This document shows positions 1 to 11,031 of a stretch of DNA of 32,000 nt, one piece after another. Source of the DNA: Wallemia ichthyophaga EXF-994. Lineage: Eukaryota; Fungi; Basidiomycota. Below the pieces are notes generated by a model, which was not told the origin of the DNA, searched no databases, and saw only the letters and a list, made by a program, of their open reading frames with translations. The position numbers and the translations under genes were made by a program. How positions within the stretch are numbered: the first letter of the stretch is position 1; each line of letters starts with the position of its first letter. The stretch is from assembly GCF_000400465.1 (NCBI RefSeq), contig NW_008806289.1:180001-212000 (forward strand). The letters are read 5' to 3'.

Positions 1-2
1 TA

Positions 3-1213
3 CTACGTATGCCCGAAAATGACGCTGATACAGATCGATTGAGAGACATGGTACAGAAAAGGGACGTTCAAGACGACGTTTGGTTTAAATTTAAAGATAG
101 CAGGAGAGCTCAGTTTCATATTGGCGAGAAGCTTAGATCTGCAAAGCTAGTTGACTTACCTACGATCATTGAATCACAGAAAACACTGGATAACAAGCAA
201 ATGTTTAAGATTGCTGATATTTGTCAAGTGAGTTATGCTTTATGGCTCCTTGACACAATAATTAACATTTTCTAAAGATGTTGGTTGTTGGAGATGAAAT
301 TCAGCCAGATGCACCTGAAACTAAAGCTTTTAACACCAACGAGTATGTTTATCCTCATGGTATAACACCACCTATGAAGCACGCGCGTAAGAGAAGGTTT
401 AGAAAGCGTGTTAATCGTCAAACAATTGAAACTGTCGAAGAAGAAGTTGAAAGATTACTTACGCAAGACGCAAAGTCTGATAAGGTGGAATATGATGTTT
501 TAGATAGAACAGCATTCGAAGCAGAGATTGCACAAGATGAATCTGAAGCTGGTACACCATATCCATACCCTGAAGAAAGCTTTAACGCAACACCACGTGC
601 AGAGTCAGAAGTTGGCAGTTTGATGGGTGATAGAGAAGAAGAAGAAGAGGAAGAGGAAGGAGGCGATCTTGATATGGATCTTGCTGCTGAAATTGATAAA
701 GAAATGGAGAATCAAGGTAAAGATGAGGATGATGATGATGATGATGATGAGGATGATAGTAGTAGTGAAGAAGAAATTGAAGAAGAAGAAGAAGAAGAGC
801 AAGAAGGAAATGTAGATAATGTGACTATGGAACTCGCAAGGAGAGGAAAATTGTTAAACGAGGAGATTAGGGATGTTGAGACAGCGCTTTCAAAGAAGAG
901 AGCGGAAACAGCAACAACAGGGAATCCAATCATCAAGAGGAGGTTTGAAGATGCTTTACGGAAATTGCAAGCAGATTTGGATGCTAAGAAGCAGCAATTG
1001 GATGACATACACGAAGAGAGGAGAAGGATAATTGAGGAGAAGAAGGCGGAAGAGGAGAGTGAAGTGATTAGGGCGAATGAAGTTGTTGAGGAATCAGAGC
1101 CACAGCCAGAGCAGACACAAGTAGCGCCACTACCAGAACCAGAGCCAGAGCCAGAGCCAGCAGGACAAGAGCAAGTAACAATGGAAGTAGATAAAGCGTT
1201 ATTTGAAGTTTAA
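3..1213 (+). CDS. TAF7: TFIID subunit TAF7 (TAFII55 N-terminal domain plus acidic C-terminus); 5' end lies upstream of the window
   Basis: Frame is open from the window edge (LRMPEND...). Motifs AKLVDLPTIIESQKTLDNKQMFKIADICQ and YPHGITPPMKHARKRRFRKR are present. Intron 228-277 (GTGAGT...TAAAG) joins the two ORFs. Confidence 0.9.
636..800 (+). repeat. Coding GAA/GAG/GAT trinucleotide runs (poly-E and poly-D tracts) in TAF7
   Basis: Direct reading, e.g. gatgatgatgatgatgatgat and gaagaagaagaagaagaa. A (CCAGAG)n Pro-Glu repeat also occurs at about 1133-1160. Confidence 0.85.
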
Positions 1214-1276
1214 ATTTTTATAATTAATTGAATTTAATGATTTATTTAGCCTGTTAATCTGTAACGCTGAGGAGAT

Positions 1277-4200
1277 ATGGATGACTACGCAGATGAATTG
1301 ATAAATCAAGAGGATTGCTGGACAGTGATTTCATCCTTCTTTGATGAGAAAGGATTGGTTAGGCAGCAGATAGAATCATTTGATGAATTCGTGCAGAACA
1401 CGATGCAGGAAATTGTAGATGAGAATCAAAGGCTCACGCTTGATCAGTTTAATCAGTACACTCAGCATAAGAACGATACAACTAGAAGATACGAAATTGA
1501 ATTCGGTCAAATTTATTTATCCAGGCCAACTATGACTGAGGCCGATGGCAGCGTTAGCCCTATGTTCCCACATGAAGCGAGACTTAGAAATTTAACTTAT
1601 TCTGCTCCACTTTATATCGATATGAAAAAGAAGGTTCTTATTCAAGTTGAGGACGACGAGACTGGCGATTTGGTTTGGGTTCCCGAGTACGACGACGAAT
1701 CTGACGAGAACATCAAAGTTTGGATTGGTAAGGTTCCAATCATGCTTAAGAGTTCCTTCTGTAACTTGAGCAATGTTGATTCTTCACGATTGGCTGAGTT
1801 GAACGAATGTCCTTTCGATCAGGTTTGTCTGCTCGACACATCCGTTTCACTTCTAAACTTCCTCATAGGGTGGTTACTTCATCATCAATGGCTCTGAGAA
1901 AGTCTTGATTGCTCAAGAAAGACTGGCTGCAAACCATGTCTACATCTTCGCAAAAGCTGAACCTTCTCCCGTCTCCTACCAAGCTGAAATTAGATCTGCT
2001 ATGGAGAAAGGTGGAAAGACCGTTTCCTCTATGCAAATCAAAATGTTCAGAAGACCTCAAGGTAACGCTCAGGCTGATACTATGAGAGCTACTATACCAT
2101 ACATCAAAAACGAAATTCCTGTCATCATTGTCTTTAGAGCTTTGGGTATCGTCCCTGATAGAGAAATCTTGGAACACATTTGCTTCGATTTCGACGATAG
2201 TCAGATGCTCGATCTCCTCAAACCCTGTATAGAAGAAGCATTTGTTGTACAAGACCAGAACGTGGCATTGGACTTTATTGGTAGGAGAGGTACTACTACT
2301 GGTCTTTCAAAGGATAAGCGTATCAGATACGCCAAGGACATACTTCAAAAAGAGATGTTGCCGCACGTTGCCACTAATGAAGGCTCTGAAACTAAGAAAG
2401 CCTACTTCTTTGGTTATATGATCCACAGACTCATGTTGGCTAGATTGGAAAGAAGAGAATTGGATGATAGAGATCATTTTGGAAAAAAGAGATTAGATTT
2501 GGGTGGTCCTTTGCTTGCTAGTTTATTCAGAATGCTTTTCAGGAAGCTCAGCAAGGACGTTTACAGGTACATGCAGAAGTGCGTTGAAACACATAAGGAA
2601 TTCAATCTCAACCAAGCTGTCAAAGCCAACACAATCACAAATGGTCTCAAATATTCCCTTGCAACTGGTAATTGGGGTGATCAAAAGAAGTTTATGCAAG
2701 CAAGAGCTGGTGTCTCACAGGTTTTGAACAGATACACCTTCGCATCGACTCTCTCTCACTTGAGAAGATGTAACACACCAATTGGTAGAGACGGTAAAAT
2801 TGCTAAACCACGTCAACTTCATAACACTCACTGGGGTATGGTATGTCCTGCTGAGACTCCTGAAGGTCAAGCTTGTGGTTTGGTCAAGAACCTTGCTCTT
2901 ATGGCCAACGTTTCTACTGGTGAAACATCTGCACCAATCCAAGACTTCTTGCAAGAGTGGGGTATGGAAGAACTTGAAGAGTTTAACCCACGTTCAAACC
3001 AAATCAAGGTTTTTGTTAATGGTGTCTGGATTGGTGTTCACAGAGACCCAACAAACCTGGTAAAGACTCTCAAAAAGCTTCGTCGCGATAGTGACATTCC
3101 TCACGAAGTATCTATCGTTAGAGATGTTAGAGAAAAGGAGCTAAAAGTTTTCACTGATGCGGGACGTGTTTGCAGACCGATCTTCTTAGTTGACGAGGAA
3201 TCTCAAAAGCTGATGATCAATAAGTCACACATTGCTAAGATTGAAGCAAACAATCTTGGCGAAGATGAGGATCCAGAACATCCATACAATTGGGCCAGAT
3301 TGATGTCCGACGGTGTTATGGAATTGGTAGATGCAGAGGAGGAAGAAACGCTTATGATCTGTATGACGCCCGATGAACTTGAACACTCGAGACAGGGCTT
3401 TATTCCACAAGATGAAGAATTTGATCCTGCTGCAAGAATTAAGTCAGCATCTACATTAGACACTCACACATGGACACACTGTGAGATCCACCCAAGTATG
3501 ATTCTCGGTATTTGTGCATCTATCATTCCATTCCCCGATCACAACCAGTCCCCAAGAAATACCTATCAATCAGCTATGGGTAAGCAAGCGATGGGTGTTC
3601 ACTTGACCAATTTCCAGCAAAGAATGGACACACTTTCAAACATTCTTTACTATCCACAAAAGCCACTGGCAACAACAAGATCTATGGAGTATCTCAGATT
3701 CAGAGAATTACCTGCAGGTCAAAATGCTATCGTCGCCATTCTTTGTTACTCTGGTTACAATCAAGAAGATTCGGTTATTATGAATCAGTCGGCTATTGAT
3801 AGAGGTTTATTCAGATCCATTTTCTATAGAAGTATGTCTTACTGCCATTACCTATTCATGTCTTACGATGTACTACAGGTTACATGGACACTGAGAAAAA
3901 AGTTGGTACTATGATGTTAGAGGAATTCGAAAAACCCACAAGAGACACTACCTTAAGAATGAAGCACGGTACATACGACAAGATAGATGATGATGGATTA
4001 ATCGCTCCAGGTACTCCAGTAAACGGTGATGATATCATCATAGGCAAGACTGCTCCAATACCAGCAGACTCAGAAGAGTTAGGCCAGCGTACAAAGTTAC
4101 ATACGAAGCGCGACGTGTCTACCCCATTGAAGTCGACAGAGGAGGGTACAGTTGATCAAGTTCTGGTCACAACAAATGCAGATGGATTGAAGTTCTCTAA

Positions 4201-5034
4201 AGTTAGAATGAGATCAACCAGAATACCTCAGATCGGTGATAAATTTGCATCTAGGCACGGTCAAAAGGGTACAATCGGTATCACGTATCGTAATGAAGAT
4301 ATGCCATTTACGACCGATGGTATCACACCAGATTTAATTATAAACCCACACGCCATTCCTTCACGTATGACAATTGGTCACTTGGTTGAATGTCTATTAT
4401 CCAAGGTATCGACTTTACAAGGCAATGAGGGTGATGCAACACCATTTACAGATGTGACTGTTGAGTCCATTTCATCTATTTTGCAAGAAAGAGGCTACCA
4501 AAAGAGAGGTTTGGAGGTTATGTACAACGGTCACACTGGTAGAAAATTACAAGCGCAGGTGTACATCGGACCAACATACTATCAGAGACTGAAGCACATG
4601 GTTGACGATAAAATTCACGCAAGAGCTCGTGGACCTGTACAAATACTTACAAGACAGCCTGTTGAAGGTAGATCTAGGGACGGTGGTCTTCGTTTCGGTG
4701 AGATGGAAGTGAGTATAGAAGTTGATTCGATAGCCACTGCTAATGAAACATAAAGCGTGATTGTATGATTGCGCACGGTGTTGCTGCCTTCCTCAAAGAG
4801 CGTCTATTCGATGCATCGGACGCTTACAGACTGCACGTCTGCGATCTTTGCGGTATGACAGCTATTGCCAACCTCAAGAAGCAAACGTTTGAATGTAGAG
4901 CATGTAGAAACAAGACGGACATATCTCAAATCCACGTGCCTTACGCAGCCAAGCTTTTATTCCAAGAGCTGCAATCTATGGGTATATCACCAAGGTTATA
5001 TTCTGATGTCAGTAACTCGGGTGGTGTACGTTAA
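1277..5034 (+). CDS. RPB2: RNA polymerase II second-largest subunit
   Basis: Conserved motifs [52 protein letters not shown] and C-terminal zinc-binding CxxC pairs. Introns 1823-1868, 3832-3878 and 4709-4755 restore the frame. Confidence 0.99.
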
Positions 5035-5138
5035 GTTAATTTAATGGCAAAATGTCATAATGTATATTACAATTTTAAGTATTTTACTTGAGTCTTGCGT
5101 GTTGAGATTATTGGATGGTGACACAGTTAAAAGTAACC

Positions 5139-5341
5139 CTATGTAGGACTCTTTGCATTTGGAGCTACTGTCTCTTCAGTTTTCTTTCTAAGTTTTGTGA
5201 GCAAACATAAGCAAATGAAAGCGGCGCCTACTCGTCTTTGACGTCTCTGCTGGCTTGTCGAAGGGGGACACTGAAGATATAATATCCGGACATGACACCA
5301 ATTGTGCTAGCTACCAGTAGTGGTGTCACTTTTCCTCGCAT
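5139..5341 (-). CDS. 52-aa single-pass membrane microprotein, PIGBOS1-like
   Basis: Exon 1 5341-5232, intron 5231-5188 (44 nt, GTAGGC...GCTCAC...TTAG), exon 2 5187-5139. Protein is MRGKVTPLLVASTIGVMSGYYIFSVPLRQASRDVKDEKKTEETVAPNAKSPT. The core LLVASTIGVMSGYYIF resembles human PIGBOS1 LLFATVLGIAGGVYIF (recalled from memory). Confidence 0.7.
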
Positions 5342-5405
5342 TTTACGTGATGGTGGGTTGAAGTAACCTGTATCGCTGCAACGTCCAAATTCAAAAGGCA
5401 AAAGA

Positions 5406-6105
5406 ATGCATATAGCTGTGCAATTACTGATAGCTATTATTATATCAGAATTCATCGCTGTTATTCCACAGGATGTCGTTCAATCGCTTGTACGTTGCCG
5501 TGTAATTGATTGGGATTACAGTGCTGATAACAAGATAGATCGAGAGCGTTTACAACTTTACTTTGAATAGATCGCTACTTAACAAGCAGGGTAAACTGAA
5601 GCAGGATATTATGAACACAAAGAAGCAGCTTAACAGCACTTCCTCCCAAGACGAATTCTCTAAATGGGCTAAATTGAAGCGTAATCATGATAAACTGCTC
5701 AAGCAGCACGAGGATACCAAGCAAGAAAACAGCAAAGCTCAGATGATTATAAAACCACTCGTTAAAGTCGTCATGTTCGCTTTACCTTCTGTATTACAAT
5801 TTGGGGTGACTATTGCTAACGGTAAACGCTCAATCATTCACCTCCCACCACACAACTGGTTTGGCAGCGCACTCACCTTGTTATTTAGCTTGCCATTCAG
5901 CCCGAGAGGAACTATCTCTGCTAGCATATATGGTATGGTTGTGAAGAGAGTAGTGAAGCTATTTAGGCAGTTCATACAAGATCTCGGTACAATCATCTTT
6001 GGCGTGAAGAACTCTCAAGCCTCAGCTGCTAGGAGGGATGACTCTAAGCAGGATAAGCAGGAAAATAGCTCAGTGCACACAGCACAACCGGTTAAAACAC
6101 AATAA
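5406..6105 (+). CDS. GET1: GET complex subunit Get1/WRB (CHD5 family)
   Basis: Hydrophobic N-terminus MHIAVQLLIAIIISEFIAV, intron 5490-5538, signature SSQDEFSKWAKLKR, then W-F-G...LLFSLPFSP...IS segment. Confidence 0.9.
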
Positions 6106-6384
6106 TCGCAGGAAGTGTATGATGTGCACATTCGATATATCTATTTGAACGACTTTTATGTGTTGATGAGGGACGCAACGTTTTGGAGTAACAATATGGC
6201 ACTAGATATGTAAATTCAGGCTAATTTAATATGTTTAATTCATATAAACAAGCCTGTTTGCTATCTCAATGTGTCTTCTAATATTATGACGCGCTTTTTT
6301 TAAAAGCAAACGTGTAAATGCATCGAAAATAAAATAATTAAATATGCTAAGTGGTCTATGACACAGTAATCCATGAAGCATTAA

Positions 6385-8359
6385 CTAATGCTTCGATTTT
6401 GGTGGTTTAAGAGCAAGCCAATATGTGAGTGTACCCACGATAATACAGACCCCCACGAGTATACCAAGAATAGCAAAGAACCAATTCAATCCATCGGCAC
6501 TCTCTCCTGGCACGTGAACGTTCATTCCCCACAAACCACAAACAATGTTGATAGGCACAAGGACAGTACCCAAGGCTGTCAACTTTGACAAAACATTATT
6601 GATCTGATTGTTGGCTTCGGTCATCTCAATACTGATTTGAGCAAGGTAATTGGAGTGTGATCTACTGAGAATCTTCTCGTAGTGATTCAAATTCTGAGTC
6701 ATTGTGATCAAGTGATCTTGGATATCACTCAGGTAAAGACCTATGTCGGATTTTGGAGCAACGGTCCAATTCTCGTTGCAGCGTTTAGCTAAACCTTTAA
6801 CGACATCTGCTTTATTACCCATCAATCTGAGCAAACCCATGACTTTTTTACGACAAGTACCAATCCTTCTTAACATATCAGACTGTTCGTTTTCTTTAAG
6901 AATCAATACGAGTTCATCGATTGTGTCGACTTCAAATTCTATTGATTGAATCAGTGGTGCGAATGCGTCTGTAATATCATCGATGAGGGCGTACGATATC
7001 CAATCTGACGTAACGTTGATATAATCCCTAAGCTGCTTTATTCTGCGACGAACATTATGCGGATGTGGCGTTGCTCTGAAATGGAACGACAGCGTGCCTT
7101 CTCTAAATACGATGATGTACATGTTTAGTGGTTCCAGATATGTTGGACTGTGTGGATCTTGATCAAAAGATCTAAAACACACAAGGTAATAATTCCGAAA
7201 GAGTTCAATTTTTTCACGGGACTCCTCCATTTGAATATCTTCAGTGGTAAGAGGGTGGATGCCAAAGACCTACATAATATGTAAGTTGACGATTAATATA
7301 ACAATACCAACCCACTTTACTTAAAGTCCTCATTTCAGAGTCTGTTGGTGATAATACGTCCAGCCACCAGGTATTGGCTTCGCTATCATCTACAGGTGTT
7401 TCATTACCATTTTCCACTCCGATATTCAGTTCAAGTGCATTTTCGTCTAGCTTATCGTTTGATGTGGTAGATTGTTTGCCTTCAAAGAGCTGCTGGAATG
7501 ATTGTCCTAGAGATGGTAGTTCTCCCAGAGATCTGGCATGCACGGTGGCAGGAAGGGAATTAGAGTAAAAGCTGAATCTATAGTCTTTTTCTGCGGTTGT
7601 TGGAATGCGTGGTGGCAGGCTAGGTCTAGGTGCATTATTGTAAGGGTCATTTGAAGGTGGTGGAGGTGGAGGTGATGATCCAGACGGAAAGGTGGGGGGT
7701 GGTGCACCTGAAGAGTCAAAGATTGCGAGATGCCGCTGGTGCATTGGTTCCTTCTTTTCATCGTCTGTTTGCTTTGGAGTTGAAGGCGGAGTTAATCCGG
7801 AATGTGCCCGTTCTGAGAGCTCTAAGCCAGTTGATTCTGCAGCGACATAAGCATCCAGCAAACTAAAATCGAATTTGTTTGGCTTCAGTCTTGTGCCTGA
7901 GCCTATCGCGTCAGTCGAAGGTTGAGCCGATAGTGGTGATGGACGTGTTGGAGGCTTTTCAATCTCTACATCAGAAGATTGTGGGGTGAAACGACCACTT
8001 ATATCTTGGTTGTCGAGCTCTAAACTACCACCTTGCTTTGCTAATTCAATTTGAGCTTCTTCGTCTGCGGATAAAGGGAATAAGAACTGAGGCTTTTCAG
8101 AGCTCGGAGACAAGCCGCCGTCGTCTTCGGGATTATCCGCATTGAGCAATGTCTCATTACGCGGTCGCTTGCTGTAAGAAGGAGTGTGTTGAATGAAAGA
8201 ACCAGCTCTAGCTCTGGATAGTTGCATTACTGAATCAATATCCTGTTGACGCTGACGGTCTTCGTCATTTAAGCGCCTCAAAGAGGATCTTGCGCTTGAG
8301 GGACTGTGTGGAGGCGTGCCGTGTTCAGGCTGATTATCTTGCTTTGTGTTTGATGACAT
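6385..8359 (-). CDS. CorA-family Mg2+ transporter, Alr1/Mnr2-like
   Basis: WWLDVLSPT, then FGIHPLTTEDI after splicing intron 7315-7270. GMN signature (WGMNVHVPG), two C-terminal hydrophobic helices and a long disordered N-terminus. Confidence 0.92.
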
Positions 8360-8604
8360 TCCTGCAATGATTTTAAATTCCTGTTAACATATCTTGCTTA
8401 TATTCTGTGTTCAACTGTAAAAACCGCGGCTTCGACGAATTTGGAGTCCTCAATGTCAGACTTTGAAAGCTCATCTATAATAGGAAACGTACAACGTTTG
8501 GCAGAAAAATTTTTATGTTCTTTTCTGTTTCCTTATGAAAATATCACAATTCGGTATCTGGAACGCATTTCGTTCATCTTCATAACTTAAATTCTTCGCT
8601 ATTA

Positions 8605-9416
8605 TCACAAATTTGATTCAACCCACTCGTATAACTTTAATACGCGTATACTTGGGCGATGAGTAGCTAGCCAATCTGGCCTATATGCTCTCCAGTGCTT
8701 ATCTTGAGGATGCACGTTGAACCTGTAACACACTACGTAATTCCCATTGATTAGCACCGGCGTCGGTATGCTGTCAATATCCTTTAATTTTATCGTAGCC
8801 CCTTGTAAGTATATTATATCCCCTTTTCTACACTTATCCTCGTTGTCCAAGCCTTCCTTGTCGAAGATGCTCATCTCGATTGGGATCCCAGCTTCGTCTG
8901 TGGCAGTGAGATTGAATTTTGCCATTTTCAACCCATTTCTCAGTGTTATAGTATTAGCCTCAACTGAAATCAAAAACACCACAACGTTTATTGGCTGATG
9001 AGATAGATGTTTCGCATTTAAGTAAATGGATTCTAACGAAATGAGGCTATTTACGGAGAAATTGTACGATGGTGGGTTTAGTAAGGATACGTCACTTCTC
9101 TGCGTTATTGTAGCTGCCGTATTTGCTATTTTAGTTGAATCGGAAGACTTGATTGATTTGTGACAAGTAAATGACGTCTGTTGAGGCTTTGCTGTGCTTG
9201 TAGATGAATCCGATACGCTGAATAGCTCCGTGGGTAGCTCTACCATTCAATTAAACACAAATTTCACGCTTCAACACCCGTTAAAGACCCACCTTGGACC
9301 TCTTTGAAGTCGTCTTCTAGCTGAATCCTGACGAATTCCGTTTCCTGATACTCATCGTACAACGGACGCTTATTGGAGAGCTGCTTCTTCGTTGGTGCGC
9401 CTGTGTAAAAATGCAT
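8605..9416 (-). CDS. Single OB-fold nucleic-acid-binding protein (about 252 aa)
   Basis: Exon 1 9416-9293 (MHFYTGAPTKK...), intron 9292-9240 (GTGGGT...GGTAG), exon 2 to 8605. The ORF-track ATG at 9246 lies inside the intron. Beta-strand pattern INVVVFLISV...FNLTATDEAG..IEMSIF...KGDIIYLQGA and terminal VLKLYEW helix are OB-fold-like. Confidence 0.7.
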
Positions 9417-9449
9417 ACATAACTTGTTCTATCGAAAGAGCGCCTTTAT

Positions 9450-11023
9450 ATGCTACGCCGTACAAGTCTTCTAGCAAAGCATTATAGGAAATCAATTCCT
9501 GGCTACTCGACTCAATCTAGATCATTCTTTGGTATTGGAGATGTTCTGGGTGAGGCTCTCTCATTCATATCACCCAGGTCTAATCCTCAGTAGGCGCAAT
9601 TGGCAATCCAAAGGAAACACTTTCTCAGATAACTGAAGCAAAGAATGAGCTTGAAAAGGTTAAGAATGAGCTTGTCGAAATGGGAGAGAAAGTTCGTTTA
9701 CCCCCGGTTAGGACTTTTGTGCGACAACCAAACTATTTCTCGAGAAAGCTAGAAGAGGATAGAGTACGCGCAATGCTTGACTCTGATGCTACGTTCACTG
9801 TTTTCTTTGGTGCTGCTTCTACTGGGAAAACGTGCCTGATTCGGCATGTGTTGACTGATAACACAAAGTATATCGTTCTTCCGATTGACTTGAGAATTTC
9901 TGCATTCACGGACCCTGCCACATTTTACATGTCCCTCTCAACACACTTGGAGGCATTCTTCAACGATGTCAGCGAAAGTGTTGACGGATTCGAGGAGTTA
10001 GGACATCGTCTCGGCTTAGGATTTAAGCACGCGAGAATTGATGTCGAAAGAAGGGGCGTTCCTCCTTCGTCTACAGACATAAGCAGACTGATGGAGTTGT
10101 TCCAAAACGCTTTCCTGAACTATTGGAACTACGATCCCTCACTGACAGAAGAAGAGCGAAAGAAATTAGATAACCAATCAACACTACCTGAACCTAAACA
10201 GAGAGTAACTTGTGGTAGCCCTAACAAGTTAAACAGAAAGATACCAGTACTATACATTGACGAAGCACATCGTCTGCCTCAACTGCTCGATACAGAGCAC
10301 TCCGGTACACTAAAAATTATTCTGGATGGCTTAACAGTTCTAACCAAGCAAGAGAGGTTACTGCATACCATATTTTGCACGTCTGATTCTATGTTTATGT
10401 CAACGCTTGTGGATTACAATGTTTTAACACATACACAGGTTCTACATGTCACAGATCCATCGAAGGATTCAATTAGATCCTATTTGAAAGATCATCTACT
10501 CTTACAAATTAATCAATCGCACCTCCATCCCCACATAATTGAAAATTTCGACAACATTTACTCAATCCTTGGTGGAAAGTACATTCACTGGAAGGATTAC
10601 TTGCTTGGAGATTGGCTACATGATGGTTTGAGTCTAACTCAATCAAAGGTCGCTACACATGCCAAAATATCTGTCGAATCACATCTCTATCCATCATCTG
10701 GATTGAGCACTCCACCGAATACTCTTGCTTTGCTGCATGAGATTGCGAAAGCAACAGACGACAATCCACTAGATATTTTTGATGCAAGAAGGAGATTTGG
10801 TCAAGAGGTGGTGGATGCACTCTTGTGTAACAAGATTTTAGAAGTTAGATGGGGGAACGTTATAAGTCGATCAAATTTCCTTGAGAATGCGCACATGAAC
10901 CCCAAACTAGATGGAAGGTCAGACATTAGTGAGAACAAACCGGCCATAAATCCACTTAAGCCAGCATCTTCTGTGATGGGATGGGCGATTAAAGAGGTAT
11001 TGAAGAAGCATGAATTGCAATAG
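9450..11023 (+). CDS. P-loop AAA ATPase (ATPase_2/AAA_16-like) with predicted mitochondrial presequence
   Basis: Exon 1 9450-9549 (MLRRTSLLAKHYRKSIPGYSTQSRSFFGIGDVL), intron 9550-9593, Walker A GAASTGKT, Walker B VLYIDEAH. Confidence 0.85.
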
Positions 11024-11031
11024 TTATACAT

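Noticed and set aside
605-1008. ORFs 605-802 (minus), 627-815 (plus) and 712-1008 (minus) with poly-F/I/S/K/M runs
   Set aside because: They are shadow translations of the GAA/GAT-rich acidic tract of TAF7.
5228-5455. 75-aa minus-strand ORF in the track
   Set aside because: Its first 38 codons are the antisense of GET1 exon 1 and the spacer. The real gene most likely starts at ATG 5341 and is spliced.
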